IMG/VR virus record: IMGVR_UViG_3300028025_000089 | DNA from: a virus | Lineage: Duplodnaviria; Caudoviricetes | Strand: one strand, 5' to 3' | Length of the DNA: 64,000 bases | Shown here: positions 48,182 to 55,973 of the stretch, piece by piece | Numbering within the stretch: position 1 is the stretch's first letter | Layout: the number at the start of each line of letters is the position of its first letter | Notes under the pieces: model-generated | What the model was told of the DNA's origin: nothing | The model's input: only the letters and a program-made list of their open reading frames with translations | Database searches by the model: none | Translations under genes and position numbers: made by a program

Positions 48182-49028
48182 AACAGGAAAAATAATAAAC
48201 GGTGATTGTATTGAGGTAATGAAGACATTACCTGAAGGGTCTGTAGATTTAGTTGTTACATCTCCACCTTACGGAGTTGGAATCGATTACGATGTCCATG
48301 AAGATGATATTGAATTTAACGAATACGTTGAGTTTGCCAAGTCTTGGTTGTCTGAGGTGTATAGATTATTAAAAGATGATGGACGGATTGCTCTGAACAT
48401 CCCTTATGAAATTAACAGACAGAAAAAAGGTGGTCGTATCTTCTTTGTATCAGAAATGTGGCAGATTATGAAAGAAATTGGTTTTGGTTTCTTTGGTATT
48501 GTTGATTTAGAAGAACAATCACCACATAGAAGTAAGACAACAGCTTGGGGTTCTTGGATGAGCCCGAGTTCACCATACATTTATAACCCGAAGGAGTGTG
48601 TTATTTTGGCTTATAAAAAACAACACATTAAAAAGGTTAAGGGTCAACCACAATGGATTGGCGAATTAACTGAAGTTGAAAAAGAAGATGGGTCTAAACG
48701 AAATAAAATGGTTTATAGTGAGAATGATAAGAAAGAATTTATGGAGCTTGTTTTTGGTCAGTGGAATTACTTTGCAGATACTAAATCACTCACCAAGGCG
48801 ACCTTCTCGATGGACATACCTACCAAAGCAATTAAAATATTATCCTACAAAAACGATGTAGTTTTGGATCCATTTGCTGGTTCGGGAACTAGTTTAGTTG
48901 CGGCGGAAATCTTGGATCGAAGATGGTTGGGAATAGAATTGTCACCAAATTATGCTGATATTGCAAGAGGAAGAGTTCAGGTTTTTGTTGATGAAAAAAA
49001 TAAAGTTAAAGTTGAAGAGTTAAACTAA
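48174..49028 (+). CDS. DNA methyltransferase, N4-C/N6-A, beta class (orphan)
   Basis: Motifs GDCIEVM, VTSPPY and VLDPFAGSGTS. Confidence 0.85.
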   Translation: MIETGKIINGDCIEVMKTLPEGSVDLVVTSPPYGVGIDYDVHEDDIEFNEYVEFAKSWLSEVYRLLKDDGRIALNIPYEINRQKKGGRIFFVSEMWQIMKEIGFGFFGIVDLEEQSPHRSKTTAWGSWMSPSSPYIYNPKECVILAYKKQHIKKVKGQPQWIGELTEVEKEDGSKRNKMVYSENDKKEFMELVFGQWNYFADTKSLTKATFSMDIPTKAIKILSYKNDVVLDPFAGSGTSLVAAEILDRRWLGIELSPNYADIARGRVQVFVDEKNKVKVEELN

Positions 49029-49364
49029 GTCAACTTTATCACCTTCTTTGATATTATATTTTTTACAAGATCCACCTGGAAGTTCTAAAACAAGATTACC
49101 ACTTCCTTCGTATCTATCACATTCATTAGTGATGCAAGGTTTACAATTATGATGAATTTTTACAACCTTATCATCGTTGATAAAAATAATATCTAAATGA
49201 ACCAAACAATTTTTCATCCAAAAAGAATGTGGTTCGTCATCCATAAAAAATAACATACCATCGAATGATCCATCAAATCGTTTTCCCATCATACCTTTTT
49301 GAATATCTTTTGATGTTAATAATGTTTTAACGTCAAAAAGACTATCATTTACTTTTACCTTCAT
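49020..49364 (-). CDS. DUF192 family protein
   Basis: Motifs GMM.R, GMLF, FWMKN....LDIIF and VLELPGG. Confidence 0.8.
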   Translation of the reverse strand: MKVKVNDSLFDVKTLLTSKDIQKGMMGKRFDGSFDGMLFFMDDEPHSFWMKNCLVHLDIIFINDDKVVKIHHNCKPCITNECDRYEGSGNLVLELPGGSCKKYNIKEGDKVDLV

Positions 49365-49375
49365 ATTTATAAATA
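49364..49375. promoter_or_regulatory. Palindromic late-type motif TATTTATAAATA between divergent start codons
   Basis: The start codons of the DUF192 and NUDIX genes are 14 nt apart; TATTTAT reads on both strands. Confidence 0.5.
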
Positions 49376-49378
49376 TCT

Positions 49379-49795
49379 ATGGTTAAATTTAAAAAATGGG
49401 CTGGTATAATTTTAAAACATAACGATGAGGTTTTGTTATGTAAAAGAGCCCCCGAAAAGTCTTTACCAAATACTTGGTCAATACCGTCAGGAAAAATGGA
49501 AGATGGTGAATCACCGGGTTATTCTGCTTTAAGAGAGTTTTATGAGGAAACGAATATTGAACTTGATCGGAAAATTGATTTGGTTGGTTTTATAACTAAA
49601 TATAAAAAAGACGGAACAAAAAAAGGACATATGTTTGTTTTCAAGTCCGAAACCCAAGAAAAACAAGAACCTGATTTAGAAAAGGCACAAGACGGATTTG
49701 AACATACCTCTTGTAGATATTACAAAAAAGAAGAACTACCTGAACAAGAAGGTAATGAAGAATTGATGGAACTTATTAAAAAAGTTTTGAAATAA
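49379..49795 (+). CDS. NUDIX hydrolase
   Basis: Nudix box W..PSGKMEDGESP..SALREFYEETNI. Confidence 0.85.
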   Translation: MVKFKKWAGIILKHNDEVLLCKRAPEKSLPNTWSIPSGKMEDGESPGYSALREFYEETNIELDRKIDLVGFITKYKKDGTKKGHMFVFKSETQEKQEPDLEKAQDGFEHTSCRYYKKEELPEQEGNEELMELIKKVLK

Positions 49796-49827
49796 TTTGA
49801 ATCACAATTAAAAGTTTATTATATTTG
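49796..49827 (+). promoter_or_regulatory. Bacteroidota-type promoter (-33 TTTG / -7 TATATTTG)
   Basis: tttg at 49796 and TATATTTG at 49820. Confidence 0.55.
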
Positions 49828-49843
49828 TAGAAATATAAACCAA

Positions 49844-50119
49844 ATGATAAAATTAACATTTCAACATACCGTAACAATAATGAACGAAAAGTTCGGAAAT
49901 TTATTAACCGAATCTTTTGTTGATCCAATTCAGTTTAAAATATTTTTAAAAATGATTGATGGGGCTTTGAATCTTAAAGAAGATCTTTCGTTTTATGACG
50001 GGAACACATTTATGGTTCATATTCCACACAAGATATTAAAAGAATCTGTAATTTTGACTAACGTTAAAGAAGTCACTATGGCGGAGCAAGTAAGAAATAA
50101 AATTGAAACATTAGTATAA
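49844..50119 (+). CDS. Hypothetical protein
   Basis: 91-aa ORF. Confidence 0.6.
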   Translation: MIKLTFQHTVTIMNEKFGNLLTESFVDPIQFKIFLKMIDGALNLKEDLSFYDGNTFMVHIPHKILKESVILTNVKEVTMAEQVRNKIETLV

Positions 50120-50554
50120 ATGAAATATATAACATCACTTTTTTTATTGGTTTTACTAATCACTTCTTGTGTAAAAGAAGACGTAACTCCACAACAACCA
50201 TTACCACCACAACCCATAATCACTGACACAACAACTGTGGACTCCACCATAAGTCTAAAAAACACAACGTGGGTCATTACAAAGATTCTAAACACAAGTT
50301 TTAATCAAGAACTTAGATCTGACACACTTGTTTTTATTTCAAATAATGTGTATTCTTTCAATGGAGTTCAGTCAACATATAATTTGTATTCAAATGCTTT
50401 TGGATATTCTTTAACTTTGAACAATACGCCTTGGGGTCATATTAGTGGAACTATATATGATTACAACTTAACACAAGGTTTAGTTGAAAATTGTCAATTT
50501 AAAAACTATTTTACAGGACAAAATAGTGTTAGAATTTGGATGGAAAAACAATAG
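50120..50554 (+). CDS. Lipoprotein
   Basis: Lipobox LITSC after a hydrophobic signal; possible lipocalin-like beta domain. Confidence 0.7.
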   Translation: MKYITSLFLLVLLITSCVKEDVTPQQPLPPQPIITDTTTVDSTISLKNTTWVITKILNTSFNQELRSDTLVFISNNVYSFNGVQSTYNLYSNAFGYSLTLNNTPWGHISGTIYDYNLTQGLVENCQFKNYFTGQNSVRIWMEKQ

Positions 50555-50616
50555 TTTCCTTGTTCTTTTAAAAACAAGGTGGTGGAGAAATGACACATTC
50601 AGTGTCGACCAAAAAT

Positions 50617-50644
50617 AAAGGTGAGAATTTTTCTCACCTTTTTT
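50617..50644 (+). terminator. Intrinsic terminator
   Basis: Stem aaaggtgagaa/ttctcaccttt. Confidence 0.75.
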
Positions 50645-50678
50645 ATTTTTAATGGTATTTATAATAAAAATATCATTT

Positions 50679-51116
50679 ATGAAAAAAGATCTTTTCAAAA
50701 TCAACGAAGAAGACAGAAATAGAATTTTGGAAATGCATATAACGGCAACCAAAAATAAATATTTGTTTGAAGATGACACAACAACCACAACAACAACTAC
50801 AGTGGCCGCCGCACCTACAACACCAACACCCGCAGCAAGATACACAACAGCAACTTGTGCAGGAAAAAAACCTAACTGCCAAGAAAAAGTTTTAAAAATT
50901 CAAATTAGAATGAATGATGAATGTCCTGCCGAAGTCTTGACCACAAAACTTGTTGAAGATGGGGCTTGGGGAACAAAAAGTTCGACAGCGTGGGAAGCTT
51001 GTAAAGGTAAATTAAAACCAACAAAACAAGCACCAACAAATCCTACTACCGATCAAAAACCGGCGGTAGACAATACGACAAGTCAAGATACAATGAATCA
51101 AATGTTTAATAGTTAA
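50679..51116 (+). CDS. Leader-family protein with a Thr-rich linker and a PG-binding-like motif
   Basis: MKKDLFKINEEDRNRILEMH...YLFE leader; LVEDGAWGTKS; start at 50679 after TATTTAT. Confidence 0.65.
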   Translation: MKKDLFKINEEDRNRILEMHITATKNKYLFEDDTTTTTTTTVAAAPTTPTPAARYTTATCAGKKPNCQEKVLKIQIRMNDECPAEVLTTKLVEDGAWGTKSSTAWEACKGKLKPTKQAPTNPTTDQKPAVDNTTSQDTMNQMFNS

Positions 51117-51120
51117 AAAG

Positions 51121-51891
51121 ATGGGAAATATAATACTAACAGAAAACCAATATTCAAGAATAAAAGATTTTATTATCGAACAAGGATTAAAAATGGATGA
51201 ATTTTTTAAAATTGATAATAAAACTGGACAGGCAACAACGATAAAAGACATACAACTACTTCAAAACACGTTCATAAAACAAGGTGCCGTATTTAAGTTA
51301 AGTCCCAATGGGAATGTTACTTCTAACGCCACTGTAACCACAAACGGAACTGATTATAAAAAGTTTGTTGCAATTTATTGCGATAAAAATTATAAAATTC
51401 AATGGGGAAATGATAAAACTGGAAATTCTTATCTTGAAAACACATCAAATTTAAGTGCTAGAAAAGCACTTGAAAGTGTTTGTAGCACTTTGAAAAAAAT
51501 TAAACAAGGATTATCTAAAACTTATGGAACTGAGGCCGTTGGTGGTGGAATGGGTTATACTCAAAAATATGATCAACCAATAACAAGTCAAGATAATAAA
51601 AAAATGACAATACCAAAAGGAACAGGTTTTGTCCCTAAAAAAGATGGTGCTGGTGCTAGTTTTAAACTTGGAAATGATTTTGGTTGGTTTGATTGTAAAA
51701 CTAAAAACTTTGTGATAAATAAAGTTAAATATACTAGCGATACTTTGTCTAAATCACTATCAGCAAATTTGTGTAAATCTGAAACTCCAACACCAAACGT
51801 TGTTGGTGGAGGTGGTGGAACTAATACACCTGGTTCGAAAGGAGGAGGATCTTCTACAGCACTTCCACCTGATATTGATTTATATATTTAA
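51121..51891 (+). CDS. Leader-family protein (MGNIILTENQY...FIIE)
   Basis: Conserved leader; Gly-rich C-terminus. Confidence 0.65.
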   Translation: MGNIILTENQYSRIKDFIIEQGLKMDEFFKIDNKTGQATTIKDIQLLQNTFIKQGAVFKLSPNGNVTSNATVTTNGTDYKKFVAIYCDKNYKIQWGNDKTGNSYLENTSNLSARKALESVCSTLKKIKQGLSKTYGTEAVGGGMGYTQKYDQPITSQDNKKMTIPKGTGFVPKKDGAGASFKLGNDFGWFDCKTKNFVINKVKYTSDTLSKSLSANLCKSETPTPNVVGGGGGTNTPGSKGGGSSTALPPDIDLYI

Positions 51892-51931
51892 AATATAAAT
51901 AATTTATATAATATTTATTAAAAAAAAAGAA

Positions 51932-52894
51932 ATGAAAAATAAGTTACATATGACAGAAAGCGAAATGAAAAGAATACTTTCGCTTCACAAAGAAAGAATT
52001 GATAAAGAAAGAAAAATTATCAAAGAACAAAATGGTGACATTGAAGAAGATGTTGATCCAGGACAATCTACAGGTAGAATCTTTGCCGGTTCTGCGGCGG
52101 GTGCTGGAACAGGTGCTCTTGTTGGATTGTCGGTGGCGGGACTTGCTGGACTTCCTGTAGGTGCTGTAATCGGTGCTGGAGTTGGTGCTTTATCAGGTTG
52201 GTTTACGACAGGAGGTGGATATGCCGAAAGAGTTCAAAAGTTATTTAAATTTTGTAGAGATCACAGATCAGATTTAACTAAACCTTTAAATTCAATAGAT
52301 AAAATTAGAGATATTGCTGACAATCTAAGAGCCGCAATGGCGGGTGTAGGAACTGATGAAGTTTTAATTGCAAAAAATCTTAGAAAACTTAAAACGATTC
52401 CAGATCTTTGTAAGTTGAGTCAAGTATATAATCAAAGATACGATCAAACTTTATTTGACGCATTAAATGGCGATATTGACCAAGATGGTGAGTGGAGAGA
52501 TTTTGTATGGGTTCCACTTTCTGAATTAACAAAAAATACAAAAAAAGTAGATCCTTCCAAATTAAAAGAAAATGCAAGACAATGTGGTTGGGGTAGTGAT
52601 ATTGATGGTTATAGAAATTCAGGATGGAGATGTCCAAAAGATAAAAATGTAACACCACCACCAGGACCATACCCACCTGGGCCAGGACCAAGTCCTGTTC
52701 CTGGAGGTGGCGGATATTCGTTTGATTACGAAAAAATAATGAAAGAGATCAATTCAAAATGTAAAGGAACACCAACACCTGGTGGAGGTGGAGAAGAAGA
52801 AATTCAAAATATTGAATGGAGTGTAACTGACGTGAATCAACCAACACAAGACACTAAAGTTTCTTCAGAAACAATTAACAAATTATTTAAATAA
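51932..52894 (+). CDS. Leader-family protein with a glycine-zipper hairpin and an annexin-like repeat
   Basis: AAGAGTGALVGLSVAGLAGLPVGAVIGAGVGALSG, then LRAAMAGVGTDEVLIAKNL...YNQRYDQTLFDAL. Confidence 0.7.
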   Translation: MKNKLHMTESEMKRILSLHKERIDKERKIIKEQNGDIEEDVDPGQSTGRIFAGSAAGAGTGALVGLSVAGLAGLPVGAVIGAGVGALSGWFTTGGGYAERVQKLFKFCRDHRSDLTKPLNSIDKIRDIADNLRAAMAGVGTDEVLIAKNLRKLKTIPDLCKLSQVYNQRYDQTLFDALNGDIDQDGEWRDFVWVPLSELTKNTKKVDPSKLKENARQCGWGSDIDGYRNSGWRCPKDKNVTPPPGPYPPGPGPSPVPGGGGYSFDYEKIMKEINSKCKGTPTPGGGGEEEIQNIEWSVTDVNQPTQDTKVSSETINKLFK

Positions 52895-52901
52895 TTAAAA
52901 T

Positions 52902-53063
52902 ATGGAAAAGAGAAGATTATTAGAGCAGACCATGAGTCAAATTAAAGAAGTTCAAAGTAAATTAAATAGTTGTTTTAATGCTGGTTTAGTTGTTGACGGA
53001 AAACTAGGACCCAAAACCGCAAACGCAATTATGAAACATCTCGGTATTAATATATCGAATTAA
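52902..53063 (+). CDS. Small peptidoglycan-binding-like protein (53 aa, not in track)
   Basis: MEKRRLLE|Q...EVQSKLN...GLVVDGKLGPKTANAI fits the PG_binding_1 pattern. Confidence 0.6.
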   Translation: MEKRRLLEQTMSQIKEVQSKLNSCFNAGLVVDGKLGPKTANAIMKHLGINISN

Positions 53064-53081
53064 TATTTCAAAAATTCACAT

Positions 53082-53106
53082 AAAGGGAGTTTGACTCCCT
53101 TTTTTT
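53082..53106 (+). terminator. Intrinsic terminator
   Basis: Stem aaagggagt/actcccttt. Confidence 0.75.
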
Positions 53107-53122
53107 ATGCGATTTTTTTTCT

Positions 53123-53130
53123 TATCTTTG
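53123..53130 (+). promoter_or_regulatory. Bacteroidota-type -7 element
   Basis: TATCTTTG, 4 nt before the ATG at 53135. Confidence 0.55.
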
Positions 53131-53134
53131 TTGT

Positions 53135-53524
53135 ATGGAAAAAATGTTGTATTTAGTAAGAGGTTTACCAGGATCAGGTAAATCAACATTTGCAAAAACT
53201 TTGGGTGGAGAACATTACGAAGCCGATATTTTTTTTATAGATGGGAACGGTGAATATAAATTTGATGGTTCAAAAATTAAATGGGCTCACGAGTGGTGTC
53301 ACGATATGGTTTATATGGATATGATAAAAGAAATACCAAAAATTGTCGTTTCAAATACATTTACACAAGACTGGGAAATGGAACCCTACTTTGAATTAGC
53401 AGAAAAATATGGATATAAAGTATTTTCAATTATTATTGAGAATAGACACAAGGGAACAAATGTTCATGGTGTTCCTGAAGATAAGTTAGAACAAATGAAA
53501 AATCGTTTTGAAATAAAATTATGA
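53135..53524 (+). CDS. P-loop kinase (AAA_33 / N4BP2-like polynucleotide kinase)
   Basis: Motifs LVRGLPGSGKST, EAD.FF, IVVSNTFT..WE and NVHGVP. Confidence 0.75.
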   Translation: MEKMLYLVRGLPGSGKSTFAKTLGGEHYEADIFFIDGNGEYKFDGSKIKWAHEWCHDMVYMDMIKEIPKIVVSNTFTQDWEMEPYFELAEKYGYKVFSIIIENRHKGTNVHGVPEDKLEQMKNRFEIKL

Positions 53525-54177
53525 TGAAATTTGATAAAATATTAACAACAGGAACTGTGTGGATCACATCTGATACACACTATCACCACACAAATATCTG
53601 TCGAGGAGTTACAAGATGGAGAACTTTAGATGGTAAAATCCCTACAGATCATACAAGAAATTTTCAAGATCTTGATGAGATGGATTCGGTTATTGTTAAT
53701 AACATAAATTCAAAAGTCGGACCTAACGACACTTTAATACATTTGGGTGATGTGGCTTTTGGTGGGTTTGAAAAGATTGGTGAATTTTTGAATCGACTTG
53801 TTTGTAAAAATATTCACCTTGTTTTAGGTAATCACGATCAACACATAACCAAAAATAAAGAAGACATCAGAAGTAGATTTTTATCCGTTTCAAATTATTT
53901 AGAAGTTGAAATAGGTGGGGTTGAATTTGTTTTATCACATTATCCCCTTTGTAGTTGGAATAAATTAGGGAAAGGATCTATTCATTTACACGGACACGTT
54001 CATTTGTCTGCTAAAGATAAATGGGGTAATGGAAAACGATTAGATGTTGGTATGGATGGTAATAACATGCACCCATATAAATTATCAGAGATAGTTCATA
54101 TGATGGATCGTCGTGAGGTTAAATCTGAGATGAATCTTGATCATCACACATTCGAAATGGTTGGGGTTGTGGGATAA
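53521..54177 (+). CDS. Calcineurin-like metallophosphoesterase
   Basis: Motifs SDTHYHH, HLGDV, GNHD, SHYP and HLHGHVH. Confidence 0.85.
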   Translation: MMKFDKILTTGTVWITSDTHYHHTNICRGVTRWRTLDGKIPTDHTRNFQDLDEMDSVIVNNINSKVGPNDTLIHLGDVAFGGFEKIGEFLNRLVCKNIHLVLGNHDQHITKNKEDIRSRFLSVSNYLEVEIGGVEFVLSHYPLCSWNKLGKGSIHLHGHVHLSAKDKWGNGKRLDVGMDGNNMHPYKLSEIVHMMDRREVKSEMNLDHHTFEMVGVVG

Positions 54178-54203
54178 ACCATAACTCCAACATATTTATT
54201 ATT

Positions 54204-55451
54204 ATGAAAATTATTATATCTGAAAACCAATTAAGACTTATAAATGAAGCTTTAGGTGTTCCTGATTTTATTTTGGATGCTGCCGACATGTTATATGATG
54301 TTGTTGAAAATGACATCAGATCAATAGACGACATTCAAGATGAATATAATTTTAAGGGTAAAATTAATTTTGAATTGGGTGATAAGAAGAAAATAAGAAT
54401 CGACTCTTATGAACTTAACGTAAAAATCGAAGAAATGGAAGATGAAGAGGGAGTTTTAGATATTATTTCAATGGGTATGGGAGGAAGATTTGGTTTTGAC
54501 AGAGATGTTAATTTAAAAATAAATGAACCCTCAACCACCTTGAACTTAGATATAACTTTTGCTGTTGGTGACAATTGGAAACCAGAAGAGCTTATCGATA
54601 AAATGGAAGAGGAAAGAGATGAAAATGTATCGGCTTTGGCTCATGAAATAAAACACAAATACGATAAACAAGCTAAAGAATATAGTCGTATGGGTCCTGA
54701 TGCGGTTTATCAAGCAACACAACAAAAAGGGAATTTTGCAATACCGGCAATTGATAGAGTTTTTTATAGATTTATGTATTACATTCACGCAATTGAAAAC
54801 CTTGTTAGACCAACAGAAGTTGCATATTCTATGAAGAGAAAGAACATTACAAAATCACAGTTCAAAGACTTTTTAGAGGATAATAGAGTTTATAAAGAGT
54901 TATTAAGAATTAAAAACTACACTTTTGATAATTTTATACAAGATTTAAAACAACAAGAAGATAGATTGGATGCTCTTTTAGAACACATCGGTGAAGACCC
55001 ATCTGACATGTCTATTGATGAAAAAATAAACCGAGTATTAGAAGTTGTTTATATTGATTTAGTAAATAACAGAATGGACTTTTTTATGCAAATGACTCAA
55101 GGTCCTATGGATGACTTTTTAACATTTGGAGCACAACTTGGAATGATACCACCAGGATTTGAAGAAAAAATGAAACAACTTCAAAAAACAAATGAGATTA
55201 GACAAAAGTTTTTATCACGAACTATGAGGTATGAAAAAAACCCAACTAAGTTTTTTGAGGACGAATTTGAAGAATTTAATTATGTTGCAAACAAAATGTT
55301 AAAGAAAATTTCTAAACTATACGCAATGGCAAAAGACGACGAACAAGTCAGTGAATCGATTCTAAATTGGGATCTTCACCAACAAATTATGGAAAAAAAA
55401 TATGGAAAAAGAAAAATCGAAACAAAATACAAAAATTGGAATCTTAAATAA
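54204..55451 (+). CDS. Leader-family protein with an HExxH (zincin-like) motif
   Basis: MKIIISENQLRLINE leader; ALAHEIKH and a downstream PTE. Confidence 0.65.
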   Translation: MKIIISENQLRLINEALGVPDFILDAADMLYDVVENDIRSIDDIQDEYNFKGKINFELGDKKKIRIDSYELNVKIEEMEDEEGVLDIISMGMGGRFGFDRDVNLKINEPSTTLNLDITFAVGDNWKPEELIDKMEEERDENVSALAHEIKHKYDKQAKEYSRMGPDAVYQATQQKGNFAIPAIDRVFYRFMYYIHAIENLVRPTEVAYSMKRKNITKSQFKDFLEDNRVYKELLRIKNYTFDNFIQDLKQQEDRLDALLEHIGEDPSDMSIDEKINRVLEVVYIDLVNNRMDFFMQMTQGPMDDFLTFGAQLGMIPPGFEEKMKQLQKTNEIRQKFLSRTMRYEKNPTKFFEDEFEEFNYVANKMLKKISKLYAMAKDDEQVSESILNWDLHQQIMEKKYGKRKIETKYKNWNLK

Positions 55452-55809
55452 ATTATTGGTATTCTTACCATTTCTGACATTATCTTTTATTTTAAAATTA
55501 CCCGAATATAAAGGAATTGCCACTTACTACGGACAACATTGGACAGGAAGATTAACGGCATCAGGAGAAAGATTTCATGCCGATAGTCTAACCGCAGCTC
55601 ACAAATACTTTAAGTTTGGAACAATAGTAAAAGTTGTTAATCATCATAACGACTCAGTTTGTTATGTTAAGGTTAATGATCGACTACCAAAAAGTTCAAA
55701 ATTCATCATTGATTTGAGTTATGGAACCGCAAAACAACTTAATTTTTTAAAGAGAGGTGTGATAAATGTCACACTAACACCGGTTGATACGGTTGAAATT
55801 AGAAAATAA
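55402..55809 (+). CDS. rlpA: RlpA-like double-psi beta-barrel lytic transglycosylase
   Basis: Motifs GIATYYG, TASGERF...LTAAH, V.VNDR and IIDLS...A. Confidence 0.85.
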   Translation: MEKEKSKQNTKIGILNKLLVFLPFLTLSFILKLPEYKGIATYYGQHWTGRLTASGERFHADSLTAAHKYFKFGTIVKVVNHHNDSVCYVKVNDRLPKSSKFIIDLSYGTAKQLNFLKRGVINVTLTPVDTVEIRK

Positions 55810-55973
55810 TAAATGTAACGGGTGGTTTGCTCAATGGGGTGTATTTAATATACAACAATTAAGTAGTTCTTCGTATTTATTGTAGTAACTCGACCGGCCC
55901 ATGGTAGATGGGGGTTTCCAATTAGGATTCTTCAAGTGAGTATAATAATTAATGTGTTTTAATTTTATACGCA

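Noticed and set aside
50480-50882. Minus-strand ORFs with poly-Val or Cys-rich text (50480..50845 and 50673..50882)
   Set aside because: They are antisense to the Thr/Ala/Pro linker of 50679..51116, so they are not metallothionein-like genes.
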